Positions 45,340-55,580 of a stretch of DNA of 64,000 bases are shown one piece after another; position 1 is the first letter of the stretch, and each line of letters opens with the position of its first letter. The notes under the pieces were generated by a model. That model was not told the DNA's origin, ran no database searches, and saw only the letters and a list, made by a program, of their open reading frames with translations. Both the position numbers and the translations under genes were made by a program. The stretch is from TPA_inf: Saccharomyces (lineage: Eukaryota). Location: NCBI GenBank assembly GCA_000146045.2, contig BK006934.2, forward strand, positions 320,001 through 384,000. Reading direction: 5' to 3'.

Positions 45340-47952
45340 TTATGCAGTAATCTGTCCATCATCATCGTCATCGTCGTCGTCATCATCATCATCATCATCA
45401 TCGTCGTCGTCTTCGTCGTCGTCATCATCATCATCATCGTCGTCGTCGTCATCATCATCCTCACCATCATCACCGTCACCGTCGTCCTCCCCATGATCTT
45501 CAGCGTCCTTTGTTGTTCCAACAATTGCATTCTTATTTTTACAATTAAGTTCTATCAACGCCGTAGGTCCCACGATGAAGCCTTTTAAAAAATGATTCTT
45601 CTGCTTCTGTAAGCTCTGGCGGTTGCTAAAGTGAATTTTATTACTTGTTTCAAAGGTTGGTCCCGAAACTGGAATATAGATAACCTTACCCAAACAGTCG
45701 TTACTATCTAGAAATGGTTTGATGCACTTCAGAGAATCCCTCAAATAACGCCTTCTTGAAATTTCCTTAATAGCTGGTTTCCATTTAATATCATCCGTTC
45801 CGTAAGGTATATTGGAGAAGCAACTTAGAGTAGAAGATGCTCGCCTTCGATTTCTTATTCGTTCTTCAATTAAACATGAATAATCACTTTCACTGCCATA
45901 AGCATAACCAATATTACTGTCATCAGTATCATCATTAGTATCATCGCCAGCATATTCATCGGTTTCACCGTCATTTTCGTCCTCATCGGTCTCAGTAGCG
46001 CTTTCATCGTCATTGATTTCAGCGTCACGGTTTGTGAGACATAACGACCTACTGCTTTGGGATAAATCTGTGGCGGATTCCCCATTAGGAGCTAATCCTG
46101 ATAGGTATATCGAAGAGCTTTGAGGTTTAGGTCTAATAGATGCCTCATCCCTTTCATTGGCTACCAAATTCGACGCAACACTCCGTAATTCCTCTTTCAT
46201 AACCGCATTTTGTGATTGCAGCATAATCTCGCAGCCATCAACGGAAAGATGCTCAATAGGAGAGGGTGAATGAACTGATTCACCCACTGTGCTATTTGGA
46301 AATTTGATGGGGACAACCTCCTCGCTAATTGCACGCCTCAATGACTGTCTTTGGGGCATGGAAATAGCTCTATTTCTGTGCATTGGACGCTCTACTTTAA
46401 TGGTGGTATTTACTGGAACACCAGGCTCTGGATGATCTCCCCCGCTTGATTCATGGTGTTCATCATCTTCTTCCGTTTCAATAACACTATTTAAGTTACT
46501 TGAGTTGGACCTGAGTCTGTGAAGCTTTTCTGTGCGTGAAGAATTTTTAGGCCTGAAAAAGTTCTTAATTTTAAATTTTAAACTTCTAGATGCAATCGAA
46601 CGGGAAGCTGAGCAACCAGATAATGACCTTGTTGATCCCAGGGTACTGTTATCACTGGATTCTCCTGATGCAGCCGAAGATATCAATGCCTCTGTAGGCG
46701 TCTTTGAGAGGCCAGTGCAGTAATGATCTAGTAGACCAGCTGTGAAAGTATTCGAGCGTTCCCTGATAGTTGTATTGTTATTAGTGCTAGACCCGGTACT
46801 ATATCTTTGGATTAAGTCCGGTCTGGAATTCGAACGAATGAATCTCTGCGAAAAAGACCCCATCGAACTCTCACTTCTATGAGTGTGTCTTCTTCTCCTC
46901 CTTCTCCTCCTTCTCCTTCTCCTTCTTCTGGGAACAATTCGATAATCTGGATACTCCCTGACTTCCAAGTCCAAAGACACAGATATCCCGATTGATAGGT
47001 ACATAGACCAGTCAATCATATCATCTATATGAGAGAACCGTAATAAAAACTGTTCGCTTTCACAAGACATTCTTAACACAAAACTCTTCTTGGTATAATC
47101 CGTTGGTATCCCAAATCTTGCATTTTGTAAAGTGAAAGACTTGTAAAGAGCTTCATCGGTTAAATACCGCGATCGATCACGTTTCACTCTATAAGAGATC
47201 CGTTCTTGATCTGCTTTTTTAAACTCCGAAGCTGATCTCGTCGGTAGAGTGAAGAGACGGTGATGCAGATGTTGTGATTGATCACTGCGATGGACCAAGT
47301 CACTATGAATTCTATCCTCTTTTTCAGATTTTGTTTCCCCGCTTGAATAATTCCTAATGTGTTTCGTCAAAGATTCGTCAATATGGTAAAAATTTAGTTG
47401 AGTCGAATTAATTTCAATGATGAAATTCCTCCAGCTCCTGTTACTAGAAATTTCATAAGGTGAAAGCCTTTCCAATTTTAAGGATATCAACGTCAATTCA
47501 TATACTGCAGGTGCATACAAAGGAGGGAGAGAAGACTTTGGGCATGGTGCCGTGTCACCAAATATAGGAAAGCGGACCTCTTTATTGGGATTTACTAGAT
47601 CATAGCTCGGTGGATAAGCAGGGAGGGGATCTATATGCTCGTAAAGATCTTGCTTGATGAAGAGAGCAGCGTGAGAAGAGGACGAAGCTGCAGTTTCCTT
47701 GATAATATTTATCTGACCAGAAACACCTTCCCGAGGAAGTTGACGCATGGTCTCTAAACATATAGAGCTGCTGTTATTGCTTGAAGTAATGAGAACCTCG
47801 TCCATTGAGCATGTTGATGAAGACGAGGGTGATTTTAACCTTTCGATCCTATTATTTGCCATGGATAATTTGCCCTCTATTGGCAGAGCCATCCTTAACA
47901 AACGAACAACTTGTATGCACGATGTCGGATCAAAAATATACTGTGGCCCCAA
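45340..47952 (-). CDS. Uncharacterised protein with PH-like region, R15 homopolymer and about 50-residue poly-Asp C-terminus, 870 aa
   Basis: Single long ORF in the YHR131C position. The internal RRRRRRRRRRRRRRR tract and the C-terminal D/E run are encoded by a GAT/GAC trinucleotide repeat. Confidence 0.85.
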   Translation of the reverse strand: MGPQYIFDPTSCIQVVRLLRMALPIEGKLSMANNRIERLKSPSSSSTCSMDEVLITSSNNSSSICLETMRQLPREGVSGQINIIKETAASSSSHAALFIKQDLYEHIDPLPAYPPSYDLVNPNKEVRFPIFGDTAPCPKSSLPPLYAPAVYELTLISLKLERLSPYEISSNRSWRNFIIEINSTQLNFYHIDESLTKHIRNYSSGETKSEKEDRIHSDLVHRSDQSQHLHHRLFTLPTRSASEFKKADQERISYRVKRDRSRYLTDEALYKSFTLQNARFGIPTDYTKKSFVLRMSCESEQFLLRFSHIDDMIDWSMYLSIGISVSLDLEVREYPDYRIVPRRRRRRRRRRRRRRHTHRSESSMGSFSQRFIRSNSRPDLIQRYSTGSSTNNNTTIRERSNTFTAGLLDHYCTGLSKTPTEALISSAASGESSDNSTLGSTRSLSGCSASRSIASRSLKFKIKNFFRPKNSSRTEKLHRLRSNSSNLNSVIETEEDDEHHESSGGDHPEPGVPVNTTIKVERPMHRNRAISMPQRQSLRRAISEEVVPIKFPNSTVGESVHSPSPIEHLSVDGCEIMLQSQNAVMKEELRSVASNLVANERDEASIRPKPQSSSIYLSGLAPNGESATDLSQSSRSLCLTNRDAEINDDESATETDEDENDGETDEYAGDDTNDDTDDSNIGYAYGSESDYSCLIEERIRNRRRASSTLSCFSNIPYGTDDIKWKPAIKEISRRRYLRDSLKCIKPFLDSNDCLGKVIYIPVSGPTFETSNKIHFSNRQSLQKQKNHFLKGFIVGPTALIELNCKNKNAIVGTTKDAEDHGEDDGDGDDGEDDDDDDDDDDDDDDDEDDDDDDDDDDDDDDDDDDGQITA
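45355..45490 (-). repeat. (GAT/GAC)n coding trinucleotide repeat (poly-Asp tail of YHR131C)
   Basis: Plus strand reads (ATC/GTC)n for about 135 nt. It encodes the C-terminal D/E homopolymer. Confidence 0.95.
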
Positions 47953-48501
47953 GAAACAACGATTTCTTTTGTGCTGGTCAACAAAATTGTAATCTTTTCG
48001 GTGGACCCTATTATGAAACTTTTCTCTTTTTTTTTTTTCTTACTGTAAGACAGTTAGATGCACCCACCTCACTGAAGCTTGATGATTACGACTAAATTAA
48101 AAACGCGGATATACAACTAAGGACTTACAATGTTGATCTCCTGAGTATTGTTAATGTCCAAAATGACCGAACAACAGCGGATAACGATATATATCCTTCT
48201 TGCAATTATAAAGAATCGTAAGATAACTCCGTCAACGATGATGTGGAAATTATGACCCTCTTGGAGGCTTAATCACTAAAAAGGAGATGAAGCCTTCAAG
48301 TCACATCAAAATAATCGAAGCCAACACCAAAGAATTTTACAGATTGGTTCTGCTCATGTTAGGGGGTGTATGAGCAGATAATCCAAGTTAAAATAATTTT
48401 TTGGAGAATATAGAAGAAAATATATAAGGTTTTGCTTTTTCTAGATTTTATATAGGATAGGGTATTACTAACTTGTAATATAATGTATACCGTGGTATCC
48501 A

Positions 48502-49794
48502 TTATATCTCTGGGTCTAGTAGGAAGTCACAAAAGTACTTTAAAGCAGCATAAGTTTCCTTTCCAACTGGCTTGATGTTTTCTGGAGGCAATAAAAATCC
48601 ATGGTTCCCTGTATCCCGTAATTTCAACTGGAATGCCCAATGTGCTCTGTGGTGGTACATGAAGTCCAACGCAGAACCTGCACCGAGGCCGGGGAATATG
48701 TCGGAACCACGGTCCTTACATGCGGAGATTACGTCGTAGTTTCTACCTGATTTTGAACGGATGGCCTTGGATAAGCCATATGATAACTCCAACAAATTTT
48801 CTAAGTCTCTGGGCAAGGCATCACACGAGTATGCGTAGGGATATAAAATCTCCTGTGAATACGAATGCATGTCAATGTAGCCATAAATTTTGTAATCGCC
48901 CTTGGTTTCATTAATATACTTGTACCAAGCAGATGCTTCCCAAGCTTCGAAGGGCGTTTCCCCACTATACTCTTCGCTGCAAGCGTGGGTGTGTGCCTTT
49001 TCCCACTGGAAACCAAAGGAATGATCAATGTCGATACCAAGACATTGAGGAACATGAGTCCTTTGACGATTCTTACGCCATAGTCTGTCATGCGACCACG
49101 TATATGCGTATCCGTCTGGATTGAACACAGGTATGACTAAAAAGTCCAAATCGTCCAGGTATTTGGTTTCCTTCTTAGACGAACCATATCGATTTAACAA
49201 CTGATAAAGTGCCCAACAGACGGTACTGACACTGATCCACTCTCTGGCATGTATACCACCTGTGATAACAATAGTCTTCTTTTCCGGGTTTGATTCTGGC
49301 TTGTTTCCGGATATATGCAGAGCTTTTAGCTCTCTGCCTTCAAATGTCCTGCCCAAGTGTTCCACTGCAACCAAACTGGGAAAGCTTCTTTCTAGAAGAT
49401 CCAACCACATATAAATAGTATCCAGGTCCCTGTATTCGTTAAAGAAGAAATCGTAATCATTTTCAAAAACAGCCTGCTCACGTGCCATCATCTGACTTGT
49501 AGGCAATGTATTTTGTATCAATTCATTCATGTTATCTATGATCACCTGCCCATCATTTATCTGCTCACCTATTTCTTTAGGCAACTTAATATCAATGAAA
49601 TTATTGCTTCTCGTCCATACATCATAATCATCTGTCAGCGGTGCGATCACATCTCTTACCAGGGTAGAATAGTTGTCTGAAGTAAACCTGTAAACAGCGT
49701 ATTCACTGTAATCCTCTTGGAGACCCTGCACAGCACCTGTCACGGCTAGTAAAACGAAAAGAAAACAACCCCACAACGAATTCATGTGCAACAT
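48502..49794 (-). CDS. ECM14: Zinc carboxypeptidase (M14 family) homolog, 430 aa
   Basis: M14 carboxypeptidase motifs (GGIHAREWIS zinc-binding and a downstream HSYSQ). Signal peptide. The start is at MLHMNSLWG, five codons inside the track ORF. Confidence 0.85.
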   Translation of the reverse strand: MLHMNSLWGCFLFVLLAVTGAVQGLQEDYSEYAVYRFTSDNYSTLVRDVIAPLTDDYDVWTRSNNFIDIKLPKEIGEQINDGQVIIDNMNELIQNTLPTSQMMAREQAVFENDYDFFFNEYRDLDTIYMWLDLLERSFPSLVAVEHLGRTFEGRELKALHISGNKPESNPEKKTIVITGGIHAREWISVSTVCWALYQLLNRYGSSKKETKYLDDLDFLVIPVFNPDGYAYTWSHDRLWRKNRQRTHVPQCLGIDIDHSFGFQWEKAHTHACSEEYSGETPFEAWEASAWYKYINETKGDYKIYGYIDMHSYSQEILYPYAYSCDALPRDLENLLELSYGLSKAIRSKSGRNYDVISACKDRGSDIFPGLGAGSALDFMYHHRAHWAFQLKLRDTGNHGFLLPPENIKPVGKETYAALKYFCDFLLDPEI

Positions 49795-50053
49795 GATATA
49801 ACTTAACACTCTGGTTTGTTTATATAGTGTTAACTTGGTCTTTTAAACCGTCGAAAATATTTTATCCTTCCTTCCATTTAGTTGGAACCATTTTCTAGTT
49901 CTTCGTAAAATCCGCAGTCAGCGCAGGAGAAAATAGAACGAGACAAATGATCTTTTAAATTACAGGTTATCGCGGGAGAATATTGGGGTTCAGAAATACA
50001 ACACATATAAACAAAAATACGTACCAAAGAAGTGTTATAAAAGTGATATAACT

Positions 50054-50449
50054 ATGTCAGAGGATCTTTCACCTACAAGCAGCAGGGTGGATTTGAGCAA
50101 TCCTCATGGGTTTACCAAAGAGGGAGTGGATTTATCGAAGCTGTCACCACAAGAACTAAAATTGTATAAAATGTATGGGAAGCTTCCATCCAAAAAAGAT
50201 CTGTTAAGACATAAGATGCAGGATCGTCAATATTTTGACAGCGGAGATTATGCATTGAAAAAGGCCGGAGTCATTAAGTCGGATGACGTTATCGTGAATA
50301 ATTCTAGTAATAATCTACCAGTGACCAATCCTAGCGGTTTAAGAGAGTCTATTATTAGAAGACGTATGAGTAGTAGTAGTGGTGGCGATTCTATCTCGAG
50401 ACAAGGAAGTATCTCAAGTGGACCTCCACCAAGATCTCCAAATAAATGA
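50054..50449 (+). CDS. IGO2: Endosulfine/ARPP-19 family PP2A-Cdc55 inhibitor, 131 aa
   Basis: Endosulfine core KLPSKKDLLRHKMQDRQYFDSGDYAL, with the Rim15/Greatwall target Ser inside FDSGDY. 131 aa. Confidence 0.9.
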   Translation: MSEDLSPTSSRVDLSNPHGFTKEGVDLSKLSPQELKLYKMYGKLPSKKDLLRHKMQDRQYFDSGDYALKKAGVIKSDDVIVNNSSNNLPVTNPSGLRESIIRRRMSSSSGGDSISRQGSISSGPPPRSPNK

Positions 50450-50540
50450 CTAATGAAGGAATGATATTATGTGGTATTACTTTTTTTTTATCATCACTAG
50501 CTTCGGCTAAGCCCTTGCATTTTCAATATTCAATTACCAA

Positions 50541-50543
<3 letters not shown>

Positions 50544-50567
<24 letters not shown>
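50544..50567. repeat. (AT)12 microsatellite followed by (TATG)2
   Basis: Perfect AT run downstream of IGO2. Confidence 0.9.
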
Positions 50568-50576
<9 letters not shown>

Positions 50577-50721
50577 GTATACCTTGTGTTACTGATGTGT
50601 TTTTTGTTGACGTCATCCTTTTGATTTACTCACATGCTTAGTAAATGAAGGTTGTTGAGGCCTAAAAATCAGCTAAGATTTACACATCGATACTAATCAT
50701 TGAACGCCCCTATGGGAACAC

Positions 50722-51597
50722 TTAATTGAATAAATATCTGCCCAACTTGCTGAACATCAAAAACCCAAAAAAATAGAAATCTATAAAATACAACGCCAGT
50801 GACAACTGCGAGAAACATTGTGAGCAAGTGAACGCACTAAGGGCACCAATTACTAGACCTGGGAAAAAAACGGTTAAAGTGCCATCAAAGAACAACCACA
50901 GAACAATGTTTAATAAGCTCCATGCACCAGCTGCCTGCAAAGAGGAGGACCATTCAAGTTTCCTAATACCAAATATTAAGCCCAAAAGAGTATTGGCACA
51001 TCTTATAAATGATCCTAGGGTGTTTTTGTAAACTGATGACCTGGTTTTTGGCTGGTGTTGATAACGAACGAAAGAGTCAATGAATGGTACTATGGAACCA
51101 AAGATAACACCTTCAGTACCAAATACAGCCCAATCAGGCACCATGTCAGGTTCCGCGACGATCTTGTTCTTAATTTCTATACCATGCTTTAAAAAGGATA
51201 CGATATCTCCCTTTGCCAATTGGTCATTATCAAACAAACATTCTGATATCATGGGGAAGAGTATTCCTGCTATGAATAGAATAAAAAATGCAGCAATAGT
51301 ATTGATTATTTTCGCATACAATGACCTTTCGTGTCTCGCAGTCGCGGATGGCGGAACCATTTCCAATTGAGAGGCGTTAGACAATAAAGCCTTGTCATAA
51401 ACATTACCTTCATTCTTGGTAATATCGTCATCATAAAATGAAAACAAAGCGGGCTTAGTCAGCGTATTTATAGCTGTAAAACTTGCGCTTCCCAGCTTAT
51501 TTCCCAAAGGTGGCAAAGCTGCCTCTTTCTTGGTATTATGGACACCATTAGGAACACCTCCAGTGTTTAATTGGTTCTTACTCTTCTTCTTGCCCAT
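50722..51597 (-). CDS. NSG1: INSIG-family ER membrane protein (sterol-regulated HMG-CoA reductase stability), 291 aa
   Basis: Polytopic membrane protein in the YHR133C position. The start is at [10 protein letters not shown] (291 aa); the track ORF has 37 extra in-frame upstream codons. Confidence 0.8.
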
Positions 51598-51748
51598 TAG
51601 TAACCTCCTCTGTTTAAATTTTTTTTTTCTCACTTGCTCTGAATACCAAAAGGTGAGTTTGGTGAAGAAATTTTGACACTTTTTCTTTTGCGCTGTATTT
51701 TGTAACAACGCATATTTTGAAGATATTCTAAATAAGAGAGATTGATTA

Positions 51749-52558
51749 ATGAAGACAGAAGGAATAAAAAGCCCATCGGCAAAATACCATGATATGGCGG
51801 GCTCCCAGAGAATCCCTCACAAGAACCCGCACATTCAAAAAGTGGCTGTTTTGCAAAGTAAGCCCAATAAGGAAGATGCGCTAAATTTAATAAAGGAAAT
51901 CGCACATAAAGTTTCCTATCTAATGAAGGAAAATCACTTCAAAGTGACCAACTTGGTGGAGTTTTACCCACGTGATCAAAGACTCCTGGGAATGAACGTC
52001 AACCATGGATCTAAGATAATGTTACGGTTAAGATGCTCCACGGATGAGTTCCAATTTTTACCCATGGAGTGTATAATGGGCACCATGCTGCACGAATTAA
52101 CTCACAATTTATTCGGTCCACACGACAAAAAGTTCTACAATAAGCTAGATGAGTTGATTGGAAGGCAATGGGTTATTGAACAAAGAGGTTTGTACGACAC
52201 ATTTTTGGGGAACGGTCAACGTCTCGGTGGAAGAGCAAACTTACGTTCAAATAGATATCCTATGACAGGAATAAGTACTAACACAGGGATAGTGAGAAAA
52301 AGGGGCAAAGGTGTGAAGTTAGGGAGTTTGCATCCAGAGGGTATATCATCTATAGATAGAGGTAATTCCCCGAGAGAGTTGGCGGCTTTTGCAGCCGAAA
52401 GGAGATATAGAGATGATCGCTGGTGCGGAGAGACGAAGAATAACAAAGATCAAATAATAAGTGATAATATTAGCAGCTCCTTAGAAGTTGTAATCCTTGA
52501 TGATGATGACGAGGTACTCCCGGGAGATACTCTTATCGAAGTTATTGATCTCACTTAA
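51749..52558 (+). CDS. WSS1: SprT-like (WLM) DNA-protein crosslink metalloprotease with C-terminal SUMO-interacting motifs, 269 aa
   Basis: HExxH zinc site ([14 protein letters not shown]) in a WLM domain. C-terminal hydrophobic/acidic SIMs ([17 protein letters not shown]). Confidence 0.9.
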
Positions 52559-52693
52559 TCTCTTGTCCACAGCGAAGAACTCGAAAATTATAAGTATGGT
52601 AAATGTCGTTTCGGTTGTAAAGTATACAGATATATTCACATTACAAAAAATGTAAGAAAGACGGTAGTCTTGCAAAAAATGTCATTTCTATAT

Positions 52694-54310
52694 TTAGCAA
52701 CAACCTAATTTTTGGAAAAAGCCCTTATGAGAAGCAGCTAGACTTGAATTATCGTCATTTGGGTGCTGTTCAGGAGTTCTTAAAGCAGCAGAAGGTTGTT
52801 GTTGTGGTTGATAACGAGCGCCAAACTGCTGAGATTGAGTTTGCGCTTGAGGCTGAGATGGAGGTTGGCCTGTTGCACGTAGCTGTTGCTGTTGCTGTTG
52901 CTGCTGTTGCAATTGTTGCTCTTGAAGTTGTTGCTCCTGAAGTTTTTGTTGCTGCTGTCTCTTTTGTTGTTCTTGCAGGTATTTCTGCTGGGTTTGATGC
53001 TGGTAAGCTTCATAAGAAGTAGGGTCTAACTTTGGTTTATATTGAGAATTGCGCATATCTGCCTCAGTTTTTTGAGCATATTGCTGTTGCTGTTGCTGTT
53101 GTTGGAGCTGTTGCATTTGGAGCTGTTGCATTTGGAGCTGTTTGTTTCTATGTTTTCTCGATTTTTCGTTTGGTGGATTTGGATGGCCGTATCCGTGGAG
53201 ATTTGGCTTCTTGTTTATGTTAAGATCCCAACCACGGCCATCGTTCAGTTTCATCCAATCATATTGGCCGTCCGCGGTTTCACCTAAATCATCCAGTACA
53301 GATAGTAATAGTTTTCTATAGCCTTCATAATCGGGACACTCTTCAAAGGAAAGACTTCTGACGATTTCTAGATACCTGCCAAATTGCACAGGTAAGCCTT
53401 GAGCTAGATCGTAAACGTTAGTAGATCTTTTCTTTTCACCAATCTTTTCGTATTTTTGCTTATTGTTTGGAGCTTTTAAACCCTGCCAGGGTAAGTGGCC
53501 TCTCAAGAAATAAAAGAAAACGTGACCCAAGGCCTCCATATCATCTCTTCTGGACTGCTCTCTTCCAAGGTGAGTATTAATGGACATATATCTGGCAGTG
53601 CCGCTGAGTGATTTTTTCTCTCTATATGGGATGTGCTGTTTAGTTTTCGGATCACGATACTGTTTGGCCATACCGAAGTCGATCAAATGGATGTTGTTTG
53701 CGTCAGGTTGGCCGGGCCTTCCAATCAAGAAATTGTCTGGTTTGATATCACGGTATATCAAGTCATGTGCGTGCAAGTCTTCAATCAAAGTAATCATTTG
53801 GACAGCAACTTGCACAACCGTTTTGACAGAAAATTTTCTTCCACACCAATCAAATAAATCTTCCAAAGAGGGACCCAAAAGATCAATGACCAAGATATTG
53901 TGCAAACCTTCTTGGCCGAAGTAGTACGCGTAGGGGATATTGGGAGTGCCATTCAGAATTTTATATGTTTTATATTCATCTCTTAATTGAGGGGCCTCCG
54001 TTTTTCTGGGCTCGAATTTGATCGCGACGGGTACGCCATTGATCATATTAGTACCTTCAAATAGCACACCAAAGGAACCTTCCCCTATTTTTTTGCCGAT
54101 CTTGTAATGTAGGCCGACAATAGTAGAGTCATCTCTGGAAGAGTTGCTGTTGGAGTTGGCGGCGGTCGTGGCGGTCATCGAAGATCTTGCGGGCGAGTCG
54201 ACAGCCTGGTGGTGGAGTTGTTTGTTTGCTTGTACGTTAAAATTTGCGTTTCCGTTTATATTGGTGAGGTTGTTAACTGCTAGAGTGGTACTTGCTATGG
54301 GCATGGACAT
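52694..54310 (-). CDS. YCK1: Casein kinase I, plasma-membrane (palmitoylated C-terminal CC), 538 aa
   Basis: CK1 catalytic domain (IGEGSFGVLFEG, HRDIKPDNFL, DFGMAK) and a Q-rich C-terminal region ending ..GCC. The start is taken at MSMPIASTTLAV; the track ORF has a 95-codon in-frame upstream extension. Confidence 0.9.
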   Translation of the reverse strand: MSMPIASTTLAVNNLTNINGNANFNVQANKQLHHQAVDSPARSSMTATTAANSNSNSSRDDSTIVGLHYKIGKKIGEGSFGVLFEGTNMINGVPVAIKFEPRKTEAPQLRDEYKTYKILNGTPNIPYAYYFGQEGLHNILVIDLLGPSLEDLFDWCGRKFSVKTVVQVAVQMITLIEDLHAHDLIYRDIKPDNFLIGRPGQPDANNIHLIDFGMAKQYRDPKTKQHIPYREKKSLSGTARYMSINTHLGREQSRRDDMEALGHVFFYFLRGHLPWQGLKAPNNKQKYEKIGEKKRSTNVYDLAQGLPVQFGRYLEIVRSLSFEECPDYEGYRKLLLSVLDDLGETADGQYDWMKLNDGRGWDLNINKKPNLHGYGHPNPPNEKSRKHRNKQLQMQQLQMQQLQQQQQQQQYAQKTEADMRNSQYKPKLDPTSYEAYQHQTQQKYLQEQQKRQQQQKLQEQQLQEQQLQQQQQQQQQLRATGQPPSQPQAQTQSQQFGARYQPQQQPSAALRTPEQHPNDDNSSLAASHKGFFQKLGCC

Positions 54311-54653
54311 GGGGAAGAGGAGAGCAGGAAAAGGGCCAGCGAATGCGCGAAATTTTTGTATGTGTCTTTTCTCTACTATGGCATCCACATGAAAACCAGT
54401 CACAGAGCACTCAATGAACGGTTTGCGTTTGTTGTTTGTAAGAAGCAAGCAGAAATCAAAGACCCATGTATACGATCGCTGATTTGTTTTGTTCTGTTTT
54501 TTCTTGTTCCGGCGAAAAAATCGTAAGAAACGAAAGGAGAACGAGCCCACAGGCGGGGTAACATCAAAAGGATTTATATTAGATCGTAAAGTCAATGCAT
54601 ATGTAACAGTACAGAGGTAGAAGGTATGTATGTGTAACGATTAAGAGATGCAA

Positions 54654-55100
54654 TCATGATTGTTCTTCGTCAGACGAATCTTCGAATATGTCTTCGTCAA
54701 TGACACAGTCGTTCTCCCAAAAGTCATGGGCGAGCTTGCTTAAAACGGCGGCAGCGTTTTGACGCTGCGCTCTACTTGAATCTTTCTCATTAATGTACTC
54801 GTTATACTCTTTAAAAGTTGATCCACTGAGAGATTGTGACTGCGATGTTCTACGTGGAGTATAGTAACTAGCAGGATTGAGCCTCCTGCACTCTTTGAGC
54901 CTCAATAGAGAAGCGATCTCCTCGGAGAGTTTTCTTCCCTTATGCTGGTGACCATCTTTAAGTTGTTTGTGTTGTCCTTGTGAAACTGCTGTTTCCATTT
55001 TGCCGCGTGGAGACATCTGTCCAATTTGCCCCTGGCTCTCTGTAAATACCCATATATGAACGTTATATATATTGTATATTAATGGCGTATATGTGCCCAT
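54654..55100 (-). CDS. SPL2: Low-phosphate-induced CDK-inhibitor-like protein, 148 aa
   Basis: 148 aa ORF in the YHR136C position, with three CACGTG (Pho4) motifs in its 5' flank. Confidence 0.8.
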   Translation of the reverse strand: MGTYTPLIYNIYNVHIWVFTESQGQIGQMSPRGKMETAVSQGQHKQLKDGHQHKGRKLSEEIASLLRLKECRRLNPASYYTPRRTSQSQSLSGSTFKEYNEYINEKDSSRAQRQNAAAVLSKLAHDFWENDCVIDEDIFEDSSDEEQS

Positions 55101-55125
55101 GGGAAGTCATAGTAATAGATCTAGG

Positions 55126-55247
55126 CACGTGGCTGCAGTGACTCCGCGCAGGGCTGTACCGCCAAGGTAGATAAGAGAGCGGAGCACGTGGGAAAAGAGA
55201 GATACGGTATGTTACAACAGTCAAAGTAATGAACTTTCGCCCACGTG
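55126..55247. promoter_or_regulatory. Three CACGTG E-boxes (Pho4-type) in the SPL2 5' flank
   Basis: CACGTG at 55126-55131, 55185-55190 and 55242-55247, lying 26-150 bp upstream of the SPL2 start codon (minus strand). SPL2 is a PHO-regulon gene, and Pho4 binds CACGTG. Confidence 0.55.
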
Positions 55248-55543
55248 CGTACATCATTTACTATCTCAGGCCGCTGCGTTTGGAACTTTACGGCGTTGTA
55301 GTTGTAATTGCCATAACTGCCATGCATTTATGTATATATATTTTCGTACGTAATGAACATGGTTATGTTATATATTGTTTGCAATCAGAGAGAAGTTGAA
55401 GAGGAGAAAAAAAAAAAGAGAGAGCCGTACCGCAATAAAATGGACCCTTGTCGGTCACGTGAGCAAAAATACTATTGCCGCCGACGGCCGTAGATAATAA
55501 CAAAGGAATAAAAAAAAAAAAGCGGTAACTCGCGGAAGCATTG

Positions 55544-55580
55544 CCGATGCTTACCGAGATTTGCCGCGGATAACCGAACC
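55544..55580 (+). promoter_or_regulatory. Aro80-type CCG-N8-CCG repeats upstream of ARO9
   Basis: ttgCCGatgcttaCCGagatttgCCGcggataaCCGaac. Four CCG triplets about 11 bp apart, roughly 130-165 bp upstream of the ARO9 ATG. This matches the known Aro80 UAS architecture. Confidence 0.6.

Noticed and set aside
45275-45530. Poly-Ser plus-strand ORF (45275..45496) and poly-Met/Thr minus-strand ORF (45333..45530)
   Set aside because: These are alternative-frame translations of the (GAT/GAC)n repeat that encodes the YHR131C poly-Asp tail. They are homopolymer artefacts.
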